Positions 13,701 to 28,150 are shown, counted from the first letter of the stretch. The stretch is 64,000 nucleotides of DNA from Eledone cirrhosa (GCA_964016885.1 OZ024745.1:78740001-78804000); one strand, 5' to 3'. Notes: generated from the letters alone by a model not told the origin. Made by a program: numbers and translations.

Positions 13701-14944
13701 TTAATTAAGAGTCACTTTGGACAGCTTTCGAAATCCTTCTCTTCACGATTTATGAGAAGGAAAGCCACTGTCAAACAGGACTGGGTCACTGTTGTGTTGG
13801 CCTCGGGGAAGGTAAAGAGCATAGGAAGTACCACTGGTTCAGAGATTCCGATGTGCGTCTCGTAAAGTGCACCCAAGAAAAGTAGACGAAATTGTTATTA
13901 TTGGAACAGTTTCTTCTCGCCTAGAGCATCCGAATGATAGAAAACTTCATCCTGCAAGGTAAAGGACTGAGGAGGACAGAGAGTCATGGAATACCAGGAA
14001 TTGTTTTTACTGGGACGAGTAATGAGATTAAAACTAGTTAGCACTTCAATGTACTCTCAATGGTGACAATAGTTTGTATATTGAGAAGTATTGGCTTTTG
14101 TCCTCAAAAGTAGCCAAACCTTCTTTTCAGACCAGAATGAATGAACAACTGGAAAGCAAACAATAAAAAGTTGGTGGAGAGGTACATATATGTGAAAAGA
14201 AAGAAAGTTGGTGGAAGTACAAAGATGTGAAAACATATCGTTTATAAAGAAAGGAAGAGAGAGAAAAAGAAAGAAAACATTTAAGATGTCACCAACTTTT
14301 AAAAACCCTGTGATATTTTTTTTTATGTACGGGATTAAATAAACAAACAAACGAAAAGAAAGAAAAATGTAGAACATGTTTCAAAAGCTATCCACCACAT
14401 GAATAATATTCAAGTGGGTGAGAAAGCATATTTGATGCCTTCAAACATAAAAGCAATTCACATATTATACAAAATGTAGCCATTAAATCATTTTAATAAC
14501 TGATTTTTTTTTTTTTTTTCTTGAAAGTAGTAGTGACATAGATGGAATGGGAGTGTATTTACCTTGCTGGGTCGAAATCATTAGCATAATGCTCATGGAA
14601 AAACATCTATCTCACAACATTCTATCTTTTCCTATTAATCTGAGTGACTATCACTTAATAATTCGGTATATAATTGCAGTTTCAAGTAACTAAATGTTGA
14701 AAATTTATTTCAATATGTGTCTAATTATTGCAGATGAGAAAATCGATCTGAGATTATCGTTGTTACTTATTTTATCTATTTCGATGGATTTAAATTTAAA
14801 ATAGATCGTGACGAATTCCTGATTCGCAAGGTAAAAGTATAGAACTAAATACGTTTTATTCTGCCGTCTCTGTCCACTTATTTTCTCTTTTTAATAATAC
14901 TTTCTAACATTGGCACAAGGTCAGGAAGGAGAAAATCAATTATG

Positions 14945-15395
14945 CCGTCTTTCGGTGTTCGTACCAACCCTTACCTATGGTCAGGAATCTTAAGTAATGA
15001 CCGAAAGAATACTATCGCTAATACAAGCGGCCGAAATGGGATTCCTTTCAAAGGTCTTTGGAGTAACGTTATTCGATAAAGTGAGTAACTCGGAGATCAA
15101 AGATTCACTCCAGGTAGAGCCGCTACTTCTCCGAATTGAGAGATCACAGCTTCGATACTATGATCATGTGGTCAGAATGTCTCGGGAAAGAATCGCTGGA
15201 CAGATTTTTACGGGCAAAACCAACAGGTAGGAGACTCAGGGGCAGACCCCGAGCAAGGTTGTTCTATAACATCCATGAACTTGGCTGGTCACGCTTGGGG
15301 ATCCAGCCGGATCAGTTGCAGTCTGACAGGACCCGCTGAAAGGAGTGTTTGAGGACTCTTCCCCCTCGACCCCCTCAGGAATAAGTGGGCGGAGA
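14945..15395 (+). mobile_element. RTE-clade LINE 3' fragment
   Basis: PTLTYG, IQAAEMGFL, EPLLLRIERSQLRYYDHVVRM, GRPR motifs; same family as 35119-35645. Confidence 0.85.
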
Positions 15396-15570
15396 ATGAG
15401 ACCCGGGAAGGATGAAAAGTAAAGTTGACCCCGGCATAGTAATTAGTAAGTAAATAGTGCAAAACATTTTGCCCGATGCTCTACAATTGGATTGCCAATC
15501 CATCCCTGTTTTCTCTTCGTAATAGTAGAAAAGGTTAATATCTTACATGAAACCACATTTGTAGAGAAAG

Positions 15571-15757
15571 AATAATTGTTTCTACTTTTGGCACAAGGCC
15601 AGTAATTACCCAGTGCATTACTGGTACTTTATTTTATCGACCCCGGAAGGATGAAAGGCAAAGTTAACCTCGGCGGGATTTGAACTCAGATCATACAGGG
15701 AGGTAACTCTATGCTTCAAAGCATGGCATCCGACCCTCTACCGATACTGCCAATCCA
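15571..15757 (-). mobile_element. Main-family SINE
   Basis: Reverse complement of the 5971-6165 consensus. Confidence 0.85.
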
Positions 15758-16099
15758 AAAGGATAATGTCGGTTGATAATACTTGTTTTGTCAACCAGAG
15801 AAGAATGAGAAGTAAAGCTGAATGCAGCGAGATCTGAACACAGAAAATAAAGAATCGCAACTAAATAAATGGATAGATAGCATTTAGTTCGACTCTACTC
15901 TTTCTGTCACTACACAAACTAAATGTTTTGTTGTTTTTTGTTTTGTTTTGTTTTTTTATCTGTTTTGTTTGCTGTTGTTTTTTTATTTGCCTATTTATTA
16001 TATATTTTGTTGTTGGTTATTTTTTTTATTTTTAATATCAATGTGAAGGAGAGCAACAGTAGTTTTTCAGTAATTGCTTTATTTTAATCACAATTGCAG

Positions 16100-16228
16100 T
16101 TATATTTCGTGGTTGCACCGACTTACATCCTGACCTACCCCCTCATTTACCATTAAGAAGTTGTCGCATCCTCTCAAATGAACAATGGTGCTTCTGTGAT
16201 ACAAATCTCTGCAACAGAGCCTCGATAG
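16100..16228 (+). CDS. Gene A exon 3: C-half of LU domain
   Basis: ttgcag| acceptor, G|GTAAGT donor, 129 nt phase 1-1. Encodes VIFRGCTDLHPDLPPHLPLRSCRILSNEQWCFCDTNLCNRASI with RGC and the CxC-x4-CN terminal Ly6 motif; 10 Cys in total with exon 2. Confidence 0.9.
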
Positions 16229-16699
16229 GTAAGTTCTATCACATTCAGAACATATAATTATTTTCTTTTATCACTTAGTCAGGAGAAGCGATATCCATGA
16301 CCCTTTTCAGAGCCCCGGAGATTGAAGCTTTAGGAGATTGTATCCTCAAACCGAAGACCTAGCTGGAATTCTTGTAATAAAGTAGACTCTGCTAAAGGCA
16401 CCCAAATGTTATGTAATGGGGTTAAACCGGATGAAGGATTAAGTACACTACCTATGCAGGCTTCAGCAGTATTTGAACAAATAACGCAAGTCTGATATTC
16501 TAACGATTCTGCAAGACTACCATCCTAGACAGGTATATTTTTTTTATCCTGAAATGATGACATATCAAATAATAGAGCTTTATGCTCTAACTGTAAAATA
16601 AGGATATGTACAGACAGTAAGCATGTACACCAGGTCCGAACACAGATGAGCCGAACTCCCACTGTCATCGGCTCCTTCTCTCTCGCCCTCCCCATCTTT

Positions 16700-17060
16700 A
16701 ACTAATATGAGCAAATGGGGTCTCACGTGCTGGCTGCTCCACAGCCCCGGCGGAGAGAATGAAGAAGGCGTTTCCCCAGAGAATGGCAAGGGAGATGCGC
16801 TGGAGAGCCGTTCCATCTCGCGAGGCTCACACCTGTGGCTTGTCAGTTTTGCGCCTATGGTGATAAGTAGGGAGGTGGCCCTAGGGCCAAGAACACCAGA
16901 AGTTTCCACTGCTAGGGGCTCGACTGCAAACCTGTTGGAGAGTGACCAATACTTGGAGAGTTTACCCTCCTCAGACCGAAGTACAGCAGATACTTGGGTT
17001 AGTTGCAGACTGCACCAGGTTGCCGCTGGAGAATGTGTTGCTCTAACTAGTCCTTGTACC
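16700..17060 (-). mobile_element. CRE-clade LINE 3' end (restriction-like endonuclease)
   Basis: ATCSNTFS...EEGKLSKY...PLAVETSGVLGP...EPRE...RISLAIL.GNAF across frameshifts, typical of the CRE C-terminus. Confidence 0.75.
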
Positions 17061-17064
17061 TGAT

Positions 17065-17800
17065 GGAAGTCAATGACTGCGGAAAGGTGGACAGAGGTTC
17101 AGAGGGAAACTGTCTAAATGGGTATCTATTCCGTCTAAGTATGGTGGGGTTCAGGTCTTTTAGTCTGTTGTACTTTGTGCGAGATGTCTACGTGTCCGGG
17201 GACGCTGTGAAGAAGAGGTTTGAGAAACCAGGTAAGTTTATGCCGGAAACACTAGGTCTGATCTTTAAATTGAGCCCTGTTTTGTGTGATTTAATAAGAT
17301 AGTAGAGCTTGCTCTTTCTGGTGGTAAAGATGCGTTTAATTCTATTAGGGAGACTTCTGCGGCTACAGCTGATGTTAATAGTGATTAATAAATGATGTTG
17401 TTATCCTTATTGTATAGAGTGATAGGGTTTATGTGTTAGAGCGCCAGTTGTGTGTGAGTGTTCTGCTCGATGACACAGAATTCTCTCTCTTTGTCTGATG
17501 GAAAGTACATTAAATTTTGTGAACGTAGTTCTCTGAAAGTGTTGAGCTGGGACCTAAAAAGATTGAAGGGGGTAAAGAGTGCTTCTGTCAAGTCTTGGAG
17601 ATGGTGTTCTTAATTATAGTTAGTTTAGCGTCAAGTTCTTGATTAGTGGGGAGTTGGGGTGGGTGGAATATGGGGAAAGTATTAAAATTAGCGTTGACAG
17701 AGGTAGTAGGGGTAGCAGCAGTAGTGCTGTAGTAGTGGTGACAGCAGCCGTGATAGTGGCAGGAATGGGTGTGGGAGCTGTTATCAACGTCAGCTAATAT
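17065..17800 (-). mobile_element. Penelope-like RT N-terminal fragment
   Basis: PSDK..EFCVIEQ and KLYYLIKSHKTGLNLKIRP.VSG resemble the PADKG and PKLYGLPKIHK..RPIVS motifs of PLE RTs. Confidence 0.65.
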
Positions 17801-17869
17801 GACGTTCTACAGAAGCTGGCCTTTATATCGAGTTTCACTTGTTCCCGTGTAATATATATATTAATGGGT

Positions 17870-18345
17870 AAAATGAAACAAAATTTCATTTCCTACTCTT
17901 AGTACGGCTGTTACTTAAATATAAGTATGTATACGTACATACATATATGTATACAGACGTAAAGTAGTATGTATATATATATACATGCACACATATATAT
18001 ATGTACGTACGGATTCACCGAACATTTATTATAATGCTCGGTGTGTTTTCGGTGCACCCGGCCGATTAACCCACTCGATATGCAAATTGGGCTACTCAGC
18101 CGTTAATATGCATAAGGTAAGTATATACGTTCAACAATCTGGCAGGAAGGTATACGTTGCTAACGATAGCTGGTAAGCTTGAGGCTGGTACAGCGTTCCT
18201 TTGTGAGTGTTGAACAAACGAGCAACGATGGTTGCTAGACACTACGGCTTAATACGGGATGTTTGTTTACAAACACACCGAGCATTATAATAAATGTTCG
18301 GTGAATGCATACGTACATATATATTTATATATGTGTGCATGTATA
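17870..18345. repeat. Interspersed repeat with internal inverted arms; second copy at about 62110-62480
   Basis: ATTCACCGAACATTTATTATAATGCTCGGTGTGTTT (about 18013-18048) is inverted at about 18271-18306. Near-identical sequence lies at 62110-62290; both copies are flanked by (TA)n and adjoin PLE remnants. Confidence 0.75.
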
Positions 18346-18570
18346 TATATATACATACTACTGTACGCCTGTATACATATATGTATGTACTTGTACATAC
18401 TTATATATATTAATTATGTCCGAAAATAGATTAAAGAAGTTTATCATTTTTTTCAATTCACAAAGAAATTTGTATTATCTGACATGTTTACAACCCTACA
18501 TAGTAAATATGTGTATATTCATATACACATTGGTGTAGTCTCGGTTAAGCATTTTGTATACAAATATAAA

Positions 18571-18624
<54 letters not shown>

Positions 18625-19559
18625 GTAAACAGAAATAACAAAGCAAACGGCACAGTAGATTGAAAAAATATAGTAGTTTAACGTTTCAGACGATAAAGTT
18701 AGAAATAATAGATGAAATAGAAAGATAGTGTGAAGAGGAGAAAAAAAGGAAGGAAAACGCACCCTTTTGGAAATCTGCTGGTCAAGTGGTATCTCACGCG
18801 TTAGAGGGGTTGAAGAAGAGTCGTAATCATGGAATATGTGGGGGGTGTGTGCGTGCGCACGTGTAGGTGTATTCGTATGTTTGAAGGATGGGCGTTGGAC
18901 CGTGACAAGCTGGCTGCTGTGAGAGTGTAGATGTGTGAGTGAGCATATGTGCGTAAACTGACCAAAATAAAGGGGACACAAGAATGTATTTGAATTTCAA
19001 CACATACATACATACATACATACATACATACATACATACATACATACATACATAGTAGCAACCAAGAGGGGCTGTGTAGAAAGGATGTGGTAGCGAATAT
19101 GATTGTTGCCTTTATATTTCATTACGTGGTACGGCCCGGTCATGAGAGAATCTGCTTGCTTTCGATACGATGATATTGTGGTACAACCGTAAACGGCTAA
19201 ACTACAAAGTGTGAAGTCATTACGCACTTGGAGATGGATAGTGCCGGAAAGTGGTTGGGACGGAGTAAATGTTAGTAAACATTCAACACCGATGGCGTCA
19301 CAGCCATGGCACGCGAACTCAGACGCGTTCGCTAGAGATACAAGCACAGATGGGCGGAAGCCCTGGAATATGTGTGTCGGTGGTGTGTACGGATATGTGC
19401 ACATACGCGTGCATGCATCAGAAAGCGTAGGATTTTGAAGGTTATGTGTGCAAAGGTAGATATGTTTTGCGTGGTATATACAGATGTTGTAAATGTGGTG
19501 ACTGGAGTTGTGTGTGTGCATGTGTTTATCTGTGAGAGCAAGGGTAACGGGAGGCTATA

Positions 19560-20475
19560 GGAACTGGGGTGAGTCCATTCGGAAAAGTAGTTCCAAGGCG
19601 GAAAATTAAGTTCTGCTCGGTTCTTGTGCGAGTGGCTGTGGATCCGTGGTGTAAAATGACGCCTAGGACAGTGAGGTGTTGAGTAGAATGGCTGGGAGAA
19701 CGGAAGTGACGAGCAGCAGGGTGTCTTTACCTAGTCGTATGTCCCTCAAGTGATCGGCGAATGGTCCACCAGATGGCGGCTTGTTTGTCCGATGTAAATG
19801 GACCCGCAAAAGAAACACACGAGGGTATATACGACGTTAGTGGAGGAGTAAGTGAATGTGTGACGAATGCGAAAAGAATGGTTCGCACCCTTGAGATTGG
19901 GGAGGTTTGTTATATAGTATTATATAGTGACAGGTGTTACAGCGGGGGCGGGAACAGAGACGGGAACCATGTGGAGTCCAAGAGGAGAAGGAAGAGGAAC
20001 TGTGCACAAGAAAGTCACGGAGATTATGGGCGTACTTAAAGGCAGTGATGGGGGGGGTCAAAAATGAGGGTTCAGAAGTAGTGAAGGATGAGGTGACGTA
20101 GTGATAAGGTAGACGGGTAGTAGGTGAGGGGGAAATGAAGGTGGGTGTTGAAGACGGGGGGCAAGGCTGTGGTGCGATCAGTATCACGGGCGCGGGTAAG
20201 AACAGCTTGAATCAGGATGAAGTGAGAAACCATTGTTGAGACTAGATCTCGAAATCATGGTCGTGGCTGCAGAGTTGTCGAAGACAGAGGAATTGAGAGT
20301 ATGGTATATATAATTTGGTGTGGGTTGGGTGAGAGGAGGTGAAGTCGAGGTAGGAGTCAGTGGGTTTGTAGAAGATGAAGTAATGAGGATGTGTGTGAGT
20401 GGGATCGATAGAGATATGTCGAGAAATTGGACGGAAGAATCGGAGACGGGGGTGGTGAAGGTGAGAGATGGGTGA
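19560..20475 (-). mobile_element. Penelope-like element: RT C-part plus GIY-YIG endonuclease, degenerate
   Basis: VQFLDISLS, FYKPTDS, IPYSQFL.LR..CS, CxRxRCNTC, NVVY..VC..CGSIYIGQT, EQNLIFRLGT..PNGL motifs. Confidence 0.85.
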
Positions 20476-21573
20476 ATTAATATATCTGTTGTGCCTCTCC
20501 TGGATGATGGCATGGAAAAACTGAATTCTTCATATCTCATTCCACACTTATGTCTTAATGTCATATTAGTTTTTAAAAATCTAATGGTTGAGGATGCACC
20601 GCTATTATGGTGTGTTTGAGACGTTAATAAACTTTTAAGCTGGCCTTGGCACCTATTCACTAATTTGTATTGGAGAATATAGTCGATTGGATTGCCATGC
20701 CTAGTGCATATTCATTTTATTGACGAATGAAATACAAAATAGATCTCAATAAGATTTTAAGTAAATTATTTGGCGATGAAACTAAATTTTGAGCCATTTA
20801 ATATAATTCGTAAAATATGTAACGTCGTGTGTCATGAGAAGAGGTGAGGTCTGACGTTTCGAACTAGGCATTTTTTTCAAATAAAGTCATTGAAGCCTGA
20901 TTCTCTCAGTTTACTTCTCTTCGTGTGTTCTATATATTATGGTAGAAAATACGTTATAATTTGTGGTAAAACTTACAGCCTCTAGTCTGAAGGAATACTG
21001 ATTTCTTCCCTAAGAACACAGCTTTAGACTAGTATGGGGATATGGAAGGATTGTTAGTGACTTTCATACATTTCTCAAGAATATTATTAATGTTACGAGG
21101 TCGATAAAATAAAGTACCAGTAATGTACTGGGTAATTGCTGGCCTTGTGCCTAAAGTAGAAGCAATTATTAATGTTAACGAAGCTAAATGACTTCCACTC
21201 ATTTCCGTTTGCCTCGGCACTACGGCGCTCCAATGAAGTTCTTTTTGTTATGCACAAAACACTCTGTTCGAAAAGAAATATACTGTTGTGACGATCATAT
21301 CTTTCCAAAGATCATCAGTAGAGTGAAAAAAGCTCAGATGAGAATTGAATCAGTATTGCGATCTCGGCTTTCAACATTGCTTAACACTAATGAAATATTA
21401 TATTATGATATAGTCGTTAAATGGGGATAAATTCTGATAAAATTGTATGAACTTTTCTTGATAGCTTACTCCATCACATCTGTTGATTTGTATCATTTAT
21501 ATATACATTTCAAATATAAATATTCCGAATACCTATTTCTGTTTTTTTGTTTTTTGTTTTTTGTTTTTTCCAG

Positions 21574-21995
21574 ATGAACTGAGAAATCCTCCTGCAGAAG
21601 AGGAGGAAGAAATAATTCCGAAAATAAAAGAAGTTAGTAAAGTCCGATCTCCGATTCCAAATAACAGAGCCAATGTACCAACAGAACGGAATAATTACAT
21701 AACCCGAACTACACATCCAGTAAAAACTCAATGGTTTTTGAAGCGAGTGCCATCACAGCTAAAAGATCACAAAAACCTTTCGGGCGGTCCAGAAGCCTAC
21801 TTGAACATTCCTGTATCAAACAGTAGCTCAAGTAATTTCGTAGTGAATAAGATCCACTGGGGACCTGAAAGAACAACTAAAGGCATGAATGATTCGGAAT
21901 CTTCTACGGAATCGATATCTTGCCAATGTTTACCTTCGCTCATGCTTGTTTCTGTCACACTGATGACATTTCTCTGTACAAGACTTCCTAATTAA
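21574..21995 (+). CDS. Gene A exon 4: stalk plus C-terminal hydrophobic (GPI-signal-like) tail
   Basis: Long polypyrimidine tract then ccag|, phase 1. DELRNPPAEEEEE...SESSTESISCQCLPSLMLVSVTLMTFLCTRLPN*. Spliced CDS is 780 nt (259 aa) with no stops. Confidence 0.85.
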
Positions 21996-24278
21996 AATAT
22001 ACTAATTTAAAAACATTAAATAATCAATCAAATTTTTAACCCGAGCTATTGTAAATTATAATAATCCATTACTTATTTCGGCGACTGAGTGGAAATTAGT
22101 TCTTAGTGTTCATTGCCCATTTTTACCTTTTGTTTTATGTTTCTATGATAGAACCTGCTCGGCTGTAAATTTAGACAAATTTGACGAGAATGCGTGATGC
22201 TCACTCATGTTTACCATATAGCCAGTTTCAAATGTTTCTAATGCATTAAAACTGATAACCAGTAACATTATTCCAATTGTTGCAAATAGTAAGCATCCAG
22301 TCGGAATTATATCACTTAAAAGTTATCATCAACCCTTTAATGTATATTTATCCCAACAAGGAGATTTTAGCACCACAGTACAAACAAACACAATATTTGG
22401 TTTCTTACGACTCGACCAAAATACCTTATATGTTATCTCTGGCACTCGCTCAAAACTAACAAAAGTAAAAAATATTGACTTCTTACTAAGTCAATATTTA
22501 GAAGTGTAGGAAATCGTATAACGTTCATACTTTTCTCAGGGGCGTTCAATGTAAATAGAACGTCCTGGCATCAATCTTATGAGTAAAATTAAATAGGCAG
22601 AGGAACGACGAACCGTCGCCCGGTTTAACAACACCTAGTTCTTGGGTACCTTTAGCGTAATTCATTCTATTGCAAGAACTTGGTCCATGCCTATGGTAGG
22701 ATAATAGCTTTTTCTGTCCCCCTCAAAGGTCTTGGAGGACCAGAAAGAGGCCATGGGTACTGTCCTTACTCCTCTGTTTATGCCATTAACTTCACCTTAA
22801 TCGGAACTAGTTCGCTAATACGTCTCCAGATGTTTACAACTACGTTCGCCACAAACAGAAAATATTCGATTGTAATGCTTACAGTGGTTTCACATTCTTT
22901 GCGGAATTCCAATCACAAATATGTCATACATACAGTATAGTTTTAGTGTCACTTAACTGTAGTTAGCATAGAAAACTCCAGCTCCCATTCATCAGAAATG
23001 AAGAAATGATTAAGTAATCAACTCTGGTGAAATTTGAACTAGGAAAGTTGTGTGATGAGACTAAATGATGTAAGACAATTCATTTTGTGCTTTAATATTT
23101 CTCGAACTCGCTACCCTCTGCTAAATAATATTTCAAGAATTTGGTGAGTAGAATCCCCTTAATAACGTTTCCCCAGTCATTTGGTTTCCATAAATATACA
23201 ATGATTTCAATAAATTTCCATAGCTTTTGGAGTGAAAAAAAAAACTACAAGTCATTCAATATTTATATAAGACAAACTGTATTCATTATAAGATGATGTA
23301 GAAACCTTTCGTTGAAAAATAAAAGAAAGAGGGTGGTAAAAATATATTCAAAAATGTGCATTCGAATTAATTCTTTTTCTTTATGTAATTCAAGATGGAG
23401 GATTCTAAATTAATTTCTACCGTCTAAGTTTTTCGTTTCTGTGTAGAAATCAATCGTTGAAATGCACTTTGAGGTAAAATACGTTAGATAACTAATTATA
23501 CAATTATATTTTGTAATTATACTTCGAATGTATTTTTTATCATGTTTACTGTTAGAAAGCACCTTCAAGGCAAGTTCTTTATTTTGATTCTCATTTGTAA
23601 CCAATTCATTCACATCGCTAATACATTTTGAAAAAATTCATACGTCACAGAATCTCATTCCCCTTCCCACCTCCCACACCAGTTAATTTTCCTATACAAG
23701 AACTAAGTTGACACTACTGTTAACTTGATGTTAATTACTGTTTCACTTATATTCTGATAATTTGCTAGAATTTTAAACTATATTCACCACTTCTGTTTCA
23801 TAGGATTATAGAAATAGGCTGCTATAATATTCATGTTTTACTTAAAAACATCACTACAACTGGGAATCGAATTCGGTTTGAAGCTGCGATTCAGTAACAG
23901 TTGATCATTAAAAAGGTTTTACAGTTATTCAATTAAATCGGTTAGTCAAATGATCACGATATATTAACTATATACTCGTAGAAATACAAAAAAGAAGTCA
24001 CACAAATCAAACCAAAAATTCAGTTTTTGGAAACATGGTAGTGTTGAAGTAACACAAGACCACACACCTGTAGGATATAGTATATATAGTCGACATACAT
24101 TGGGTGTTTAGCACTTAGTTTAATGATTCTAGAGCTGAGGTCAAAGACAAAGAAGACCCAGACGAAGGAAGATGCGTTGCTTTATGGCACACGATCGTAA
24201 AGTCATGAGTTCGAATCCTGGCGGCGTGTTGTGTCCTTGAAGAAAATACTTTATTTTACATTGCTTCAATCCCCTCCT

Positions 24279-24445
24279 GGAGGGGATATTCCTTTTCTTA
24301 GGGTTAAAATATTGGGTAAATTTAGAACTGTTTACTCGTCCTGCTATTATGTGTATGTATGAACCCGTGGCTCTTGATGGAATCGTAGGTGTGCCGTTGT
24401 GATATACAGTTTCCTTGGCACTTTAAACCTGGTGGAGCTCACTCC
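24279..24445. repeat. Unclassified interspersed repeat (copies at 28717-28885 and partly 48670-48780)
   Basis: GGAGGGGA.ATTCCT.TTCTTAGGGTTAAAATATTGGGTAAATTTA...CTGG.GGAGC shared between copies. Confidence 0.7.
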
Positions 24446-24657
24446 TCTCCAGAAAATGAGAAAGAGAGAGAAAGAGAGGAGGAAATAGGAAGTGAGAAAG
24501 AGATATAGAGAAAAGTCGACCTCAGTACTTGACTGGTACTTTTATATTGGCCTCTGAAGGATGAGAGACAGCTGCTAACTATTATTTCACCAATAAAACA
24601 ATTAGTACAAAAATATAAAGAAATAGTTTCACCAATACTGTACATTAATTATATTTA

Positions 24658-24976
24658 TTAATAAGTTACAATTAAAAATATAATTTCAAAAACCAAAATG
24701 AACCGTGACGAAAATCCATTATACGTGAGGTTTCTTTCATATAAAACAAGCAGAGAATGAATTACATGTCTAGGTGTCGGTTTAGTACTTTTCCTGTTTA
24801 CATTAACATTATAATCGTCTGAGTCGTTAACATCGCCACCATTACGTCTTATAGGTAATTCAGCATTATTCCGATCACTAAGAATGTCGACATCAATAAA
24901 GTATCCGAAAGTATACATGCTGAAAAGTTTTTCTCTAACGTCTCCAGAAAGTCTAACTCCATCTTTTGTGGTTTCT
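24658..24976 (-). CDS. Gene B terminal exon (stop at 24849 in phase 1, or 24658 in phase 2), hydrophobic GPI-like tail
   Basis: Strong acceptor ctctttttcttcacag|. Phase 1 reads KKPQKMELDFLETLEKNFSACILSDTLLMSTFLVIGIMLNYL*. Phase 2 reads LETTKDGVRLSG...YNGFSSRFILVFEIIFLIVTY*. AATAAA on minus strand at 24659-24654. Confidence 0.75.
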
Positions 24977-25066
24977 CTGTGAAGAAAAAGAGCAAAGATA
25001 AATCAATTAAAATGAAAGTAAATCTCTGTATGTTAAATACGATTGTAGAGTTCGACATTGCATGTG

Positions 25067-25101
<35 letters not shown>

Positions 25102-25215
25102 TCAAAAGATTATTCAGTGATTTGAGCTCATTACTGTTAAGATAAAGAAATATTTGTAAAAGAAAATGTATTATTATTTTTACAATTTCACAATAATAAT
25201 AATAATAATGATAAT

Positions 25216-27980
25216 GAACTTAGTGGTAGATGAAATGAACAATGATAGTGGAAAACCTATGAACCTAAGATTTGTAGACAGGAAAAAGTTAAAAGAAACA
25301 ACAACTAAGGTAAACAAAGTCATCCCATACCTTGAGGCGAGGAACCTTCACCAATGCAACAATATCCTCAAAGCAACCGCAAATGCGGTGAGGAAATTAC
25401 TTGGCATAAAAAGAGAGGAAACAACAAACAAGAAAGATCAGAACCTTGGTGGAAGAAACGACTGAATGGTCAAATAAAGGAAATGAGAAAAGACATTGGA
25501 AAGCTTGAATCCTTACTGAATGGGATATTACAAAACATAGACACTAAAAATAGATTGGAAATAAAGTACAAAACTAGGGGAAAAGAGCTAAATATTATCA
25601 TAGACGAACTGAAGCAACGCATTGTAGCAAAAAAGTGCAAAGATTAGGCGGTATGAGAACAGAGTCATTCAGTATAGACAGACCGCATGTTTGACAACAA
25701 CCAGAAGATGCTGTTTGGACAGCTTGAAGGGAAAGAAAGAGGCAACGACGTGATCCCTGAGGCGGAACAGACTAAGACATTCTGGAGAGGAATATGGGAG
25801 CAGGATGTTGAGCATGATAGTCAGGTAGTGTGGATTGAGACAGTACAGAAGGAGATTAGTGAACAGGCACACCAACAACCTGATTTGAGTATCACAGTTG
25901 AAACTCTTAAAGGGCAGGCCAAAAAACTTACCAACTGGAAATCACCAGGCCCAGATGGTGTGCAAGGGTACTGGATTAAAAATATAACATCCCTCCACCT
26001 GAAACTGACAACCAAGTTCAATGACTGCTTGATGTCGGGTGAAGTACCAGAGTGGTTGACAAAAGGTACCACAGTTCTGATAATGAAAGACCGAATCAAG
26101 GTAATGATGTTACCAACTATAGGCCTATCACATGTCTGTCCGTAATGTGGAAACTGTTGACAAGCATTGTGTCTGAGGAAATCTACCATCACCTCTACAT
26201 AAACAACTTGTTACCGGCCGAACAGAAAGGATGCCGAAAGAAGTCCCGTCGTACAAAAGACTAGTTACTTATTGATAAGATGGTAATGAGGAATTGCAAG
26301 AGGAGGCACACTGGTCTTGCCATGGGATGGATAGATTACAAAAAGGCATTCGACATGGTACCTCATCTTGGATAACCAAAAGCCTAGAGATCTTCAAGGT
26401 GACAGATAACATCAGACAGTTGGTGAGCAAAAGTATGAAGTCCTGGGAAACAGAGTTAACACCAGGTGGAGAATCCTTGGGAGGCGTGAAGATCAAGAGA
26501 GGTGTCCCCTCTGCTGTCTGTCCTTGCCTTGATACCGCTGTCCGTTATATTGCGAAAAGTGAGCGCAGGATACAAGTTGGGAAGAGGAGAGCTTACCATC
26601 AACCACATCCTCTTCATGGACGATCTTAAACTCTTTGGGAAGAGTGAGAAGGAGTTGGATGTACTTGTTGACACTGTCCGTATTTTCAGCAATGTATTAA
26701 TAAGTGTGGAGTTCTAGTGATGAAGAGGGGTAAATTGAGCAGAAGCAACGGAATCCAGGTACCAACAGGTGAGATGATAAAGTGAAATTTACACTGAAGA
26801 AGGATACAAATATTTAGGTGTTCTGGAGGCAGATGGCATCAAGAACAAAAAAATGAAGGAATTGATAAGATCTGAGTACTTTAGGAGAGTAAGGTGCGTA
26901 TTAAAATCACATCTAAATAGTAGGAATGTCATAAGTGCAATAAATTCCCGAGCTGTGTCTGTTATTAGGTACAGTGCGGGAATTCTGAAATGGAATGTTG
27001 CTGAACAAAAAGAAATGGATAGGAAGACTAGGAAGCTATTGACGATCTACAACATGTTCCACAAGAAGAGTGATGTCGATATACTCTACTTAAAGAGATC
27101 TGAAGGTGGAAGAGGTCTTATCAGCATAGAGGACTGTGTTCAGATGGAGAAAAACAACCTGCACAAATATGTGACTGACAATAGGGAGCCAATGCTCAAA
27201 ATTGTACTGAAGGAGAAAACAATAGACCAGGGGATGTCCAAGGAGAAAATAACTACAAGGAGGAAGAACAACCTTCATGAAAAATCCCTTCAAAGCACCT
27301 TCTTTAAGAAAACGGAATTTAGAGATCCACAGACATGGAACTGGTTAAAAAGAGGAGACCTTAAAAAGCTAGAGAAGGAATGCTAATGACTGCGCAAGAG
27401 CAAGCCCTCAGAACGAAGTGGGTGAAACACCATATTGACAAGGAGGCTAGCTCACGGTGTAGGATCTGTGGAGAGAGAGAGGAGACTGTGGCTCACATTG
27501 TATCCAAGTGTAAACACCTAGCCCAGACTCACTATAAAGGCTGGAGACATGATGTGATAGGCAGGGTGATCCACTGGCACATATGAGAAGTGGAATGAGC
27601 ATAAGCCAGAGTCGGTGATAGAAATCGATCAGGTGAAGGTGCTATGGAATTTTAGGATACAGACGGACAAGAAATTAGAACACAATAGGCCTGACCTGGA
27701 AAAAAGTTCGTGCCTGATTGTAGATGTAGCCTGCCCATTTGACACGAGAGTGCAAGAAAAGGAGAGGGAGAAAATTAACCGATACCAGGATTTAAAGTGG
27801 GAGTTAAAAAGGATTTGGAACTGCTATGAAATCAAGGTCGTCCCGATTGTCAGAGGCGCACTAGGTACTTTCTCAAAGAGTTTCCAAAGATGGTTAAAGA
27901 AGATTAGTACAGCCCCGCTTTTTGGAACACTTCAAACACACTGGGAACAGCAAGAACCCCCCGATACATCCTCCGAAAGG
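25216..27980 (+). mobile_element. R4/Dong-clade non-LTR retrotransposon (RT plus RLE), degenerate
   Basis: WKSPGPDGVQGYWIK, NYRPITCL, EQKGC, DYKKAFD, FMDDLKL, CRIC...HIVSKC, RHD, HNRPD, DVACPFD...EK..RY; 5' flank (TAA)n. Confidence 0.9.
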
Positions 27981-28150
27981 ATAATTGTTTCTACTTTTGG
28001 CACAAGGCCAGCAATTACCCAGTGCATTACTGGTACTTTATTTTATCGACCCCGGCAAAGTTAACCTCGGCGGGATTTGAACTCAGAATGGCAAGGGCCG
28101 CAACTCTATGCGTCAAAGCATGGCTTCCTACCCTCTACCGATACTGCCAA
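27981..28150 (-). mobile_element. Main-family SINE at the 3' end of the Dong element
   Basis: Reverse-complement match to the SINE consensus, with an internal deletion. Confidence 0.85.

Noticed and set aside
22530-22920. Possible CR1/L2-like RT remnants (also 13720-14050) and an unassigned fragment at 45940-46380
   Set aside because: Motifs are too decayed to assign without a search.
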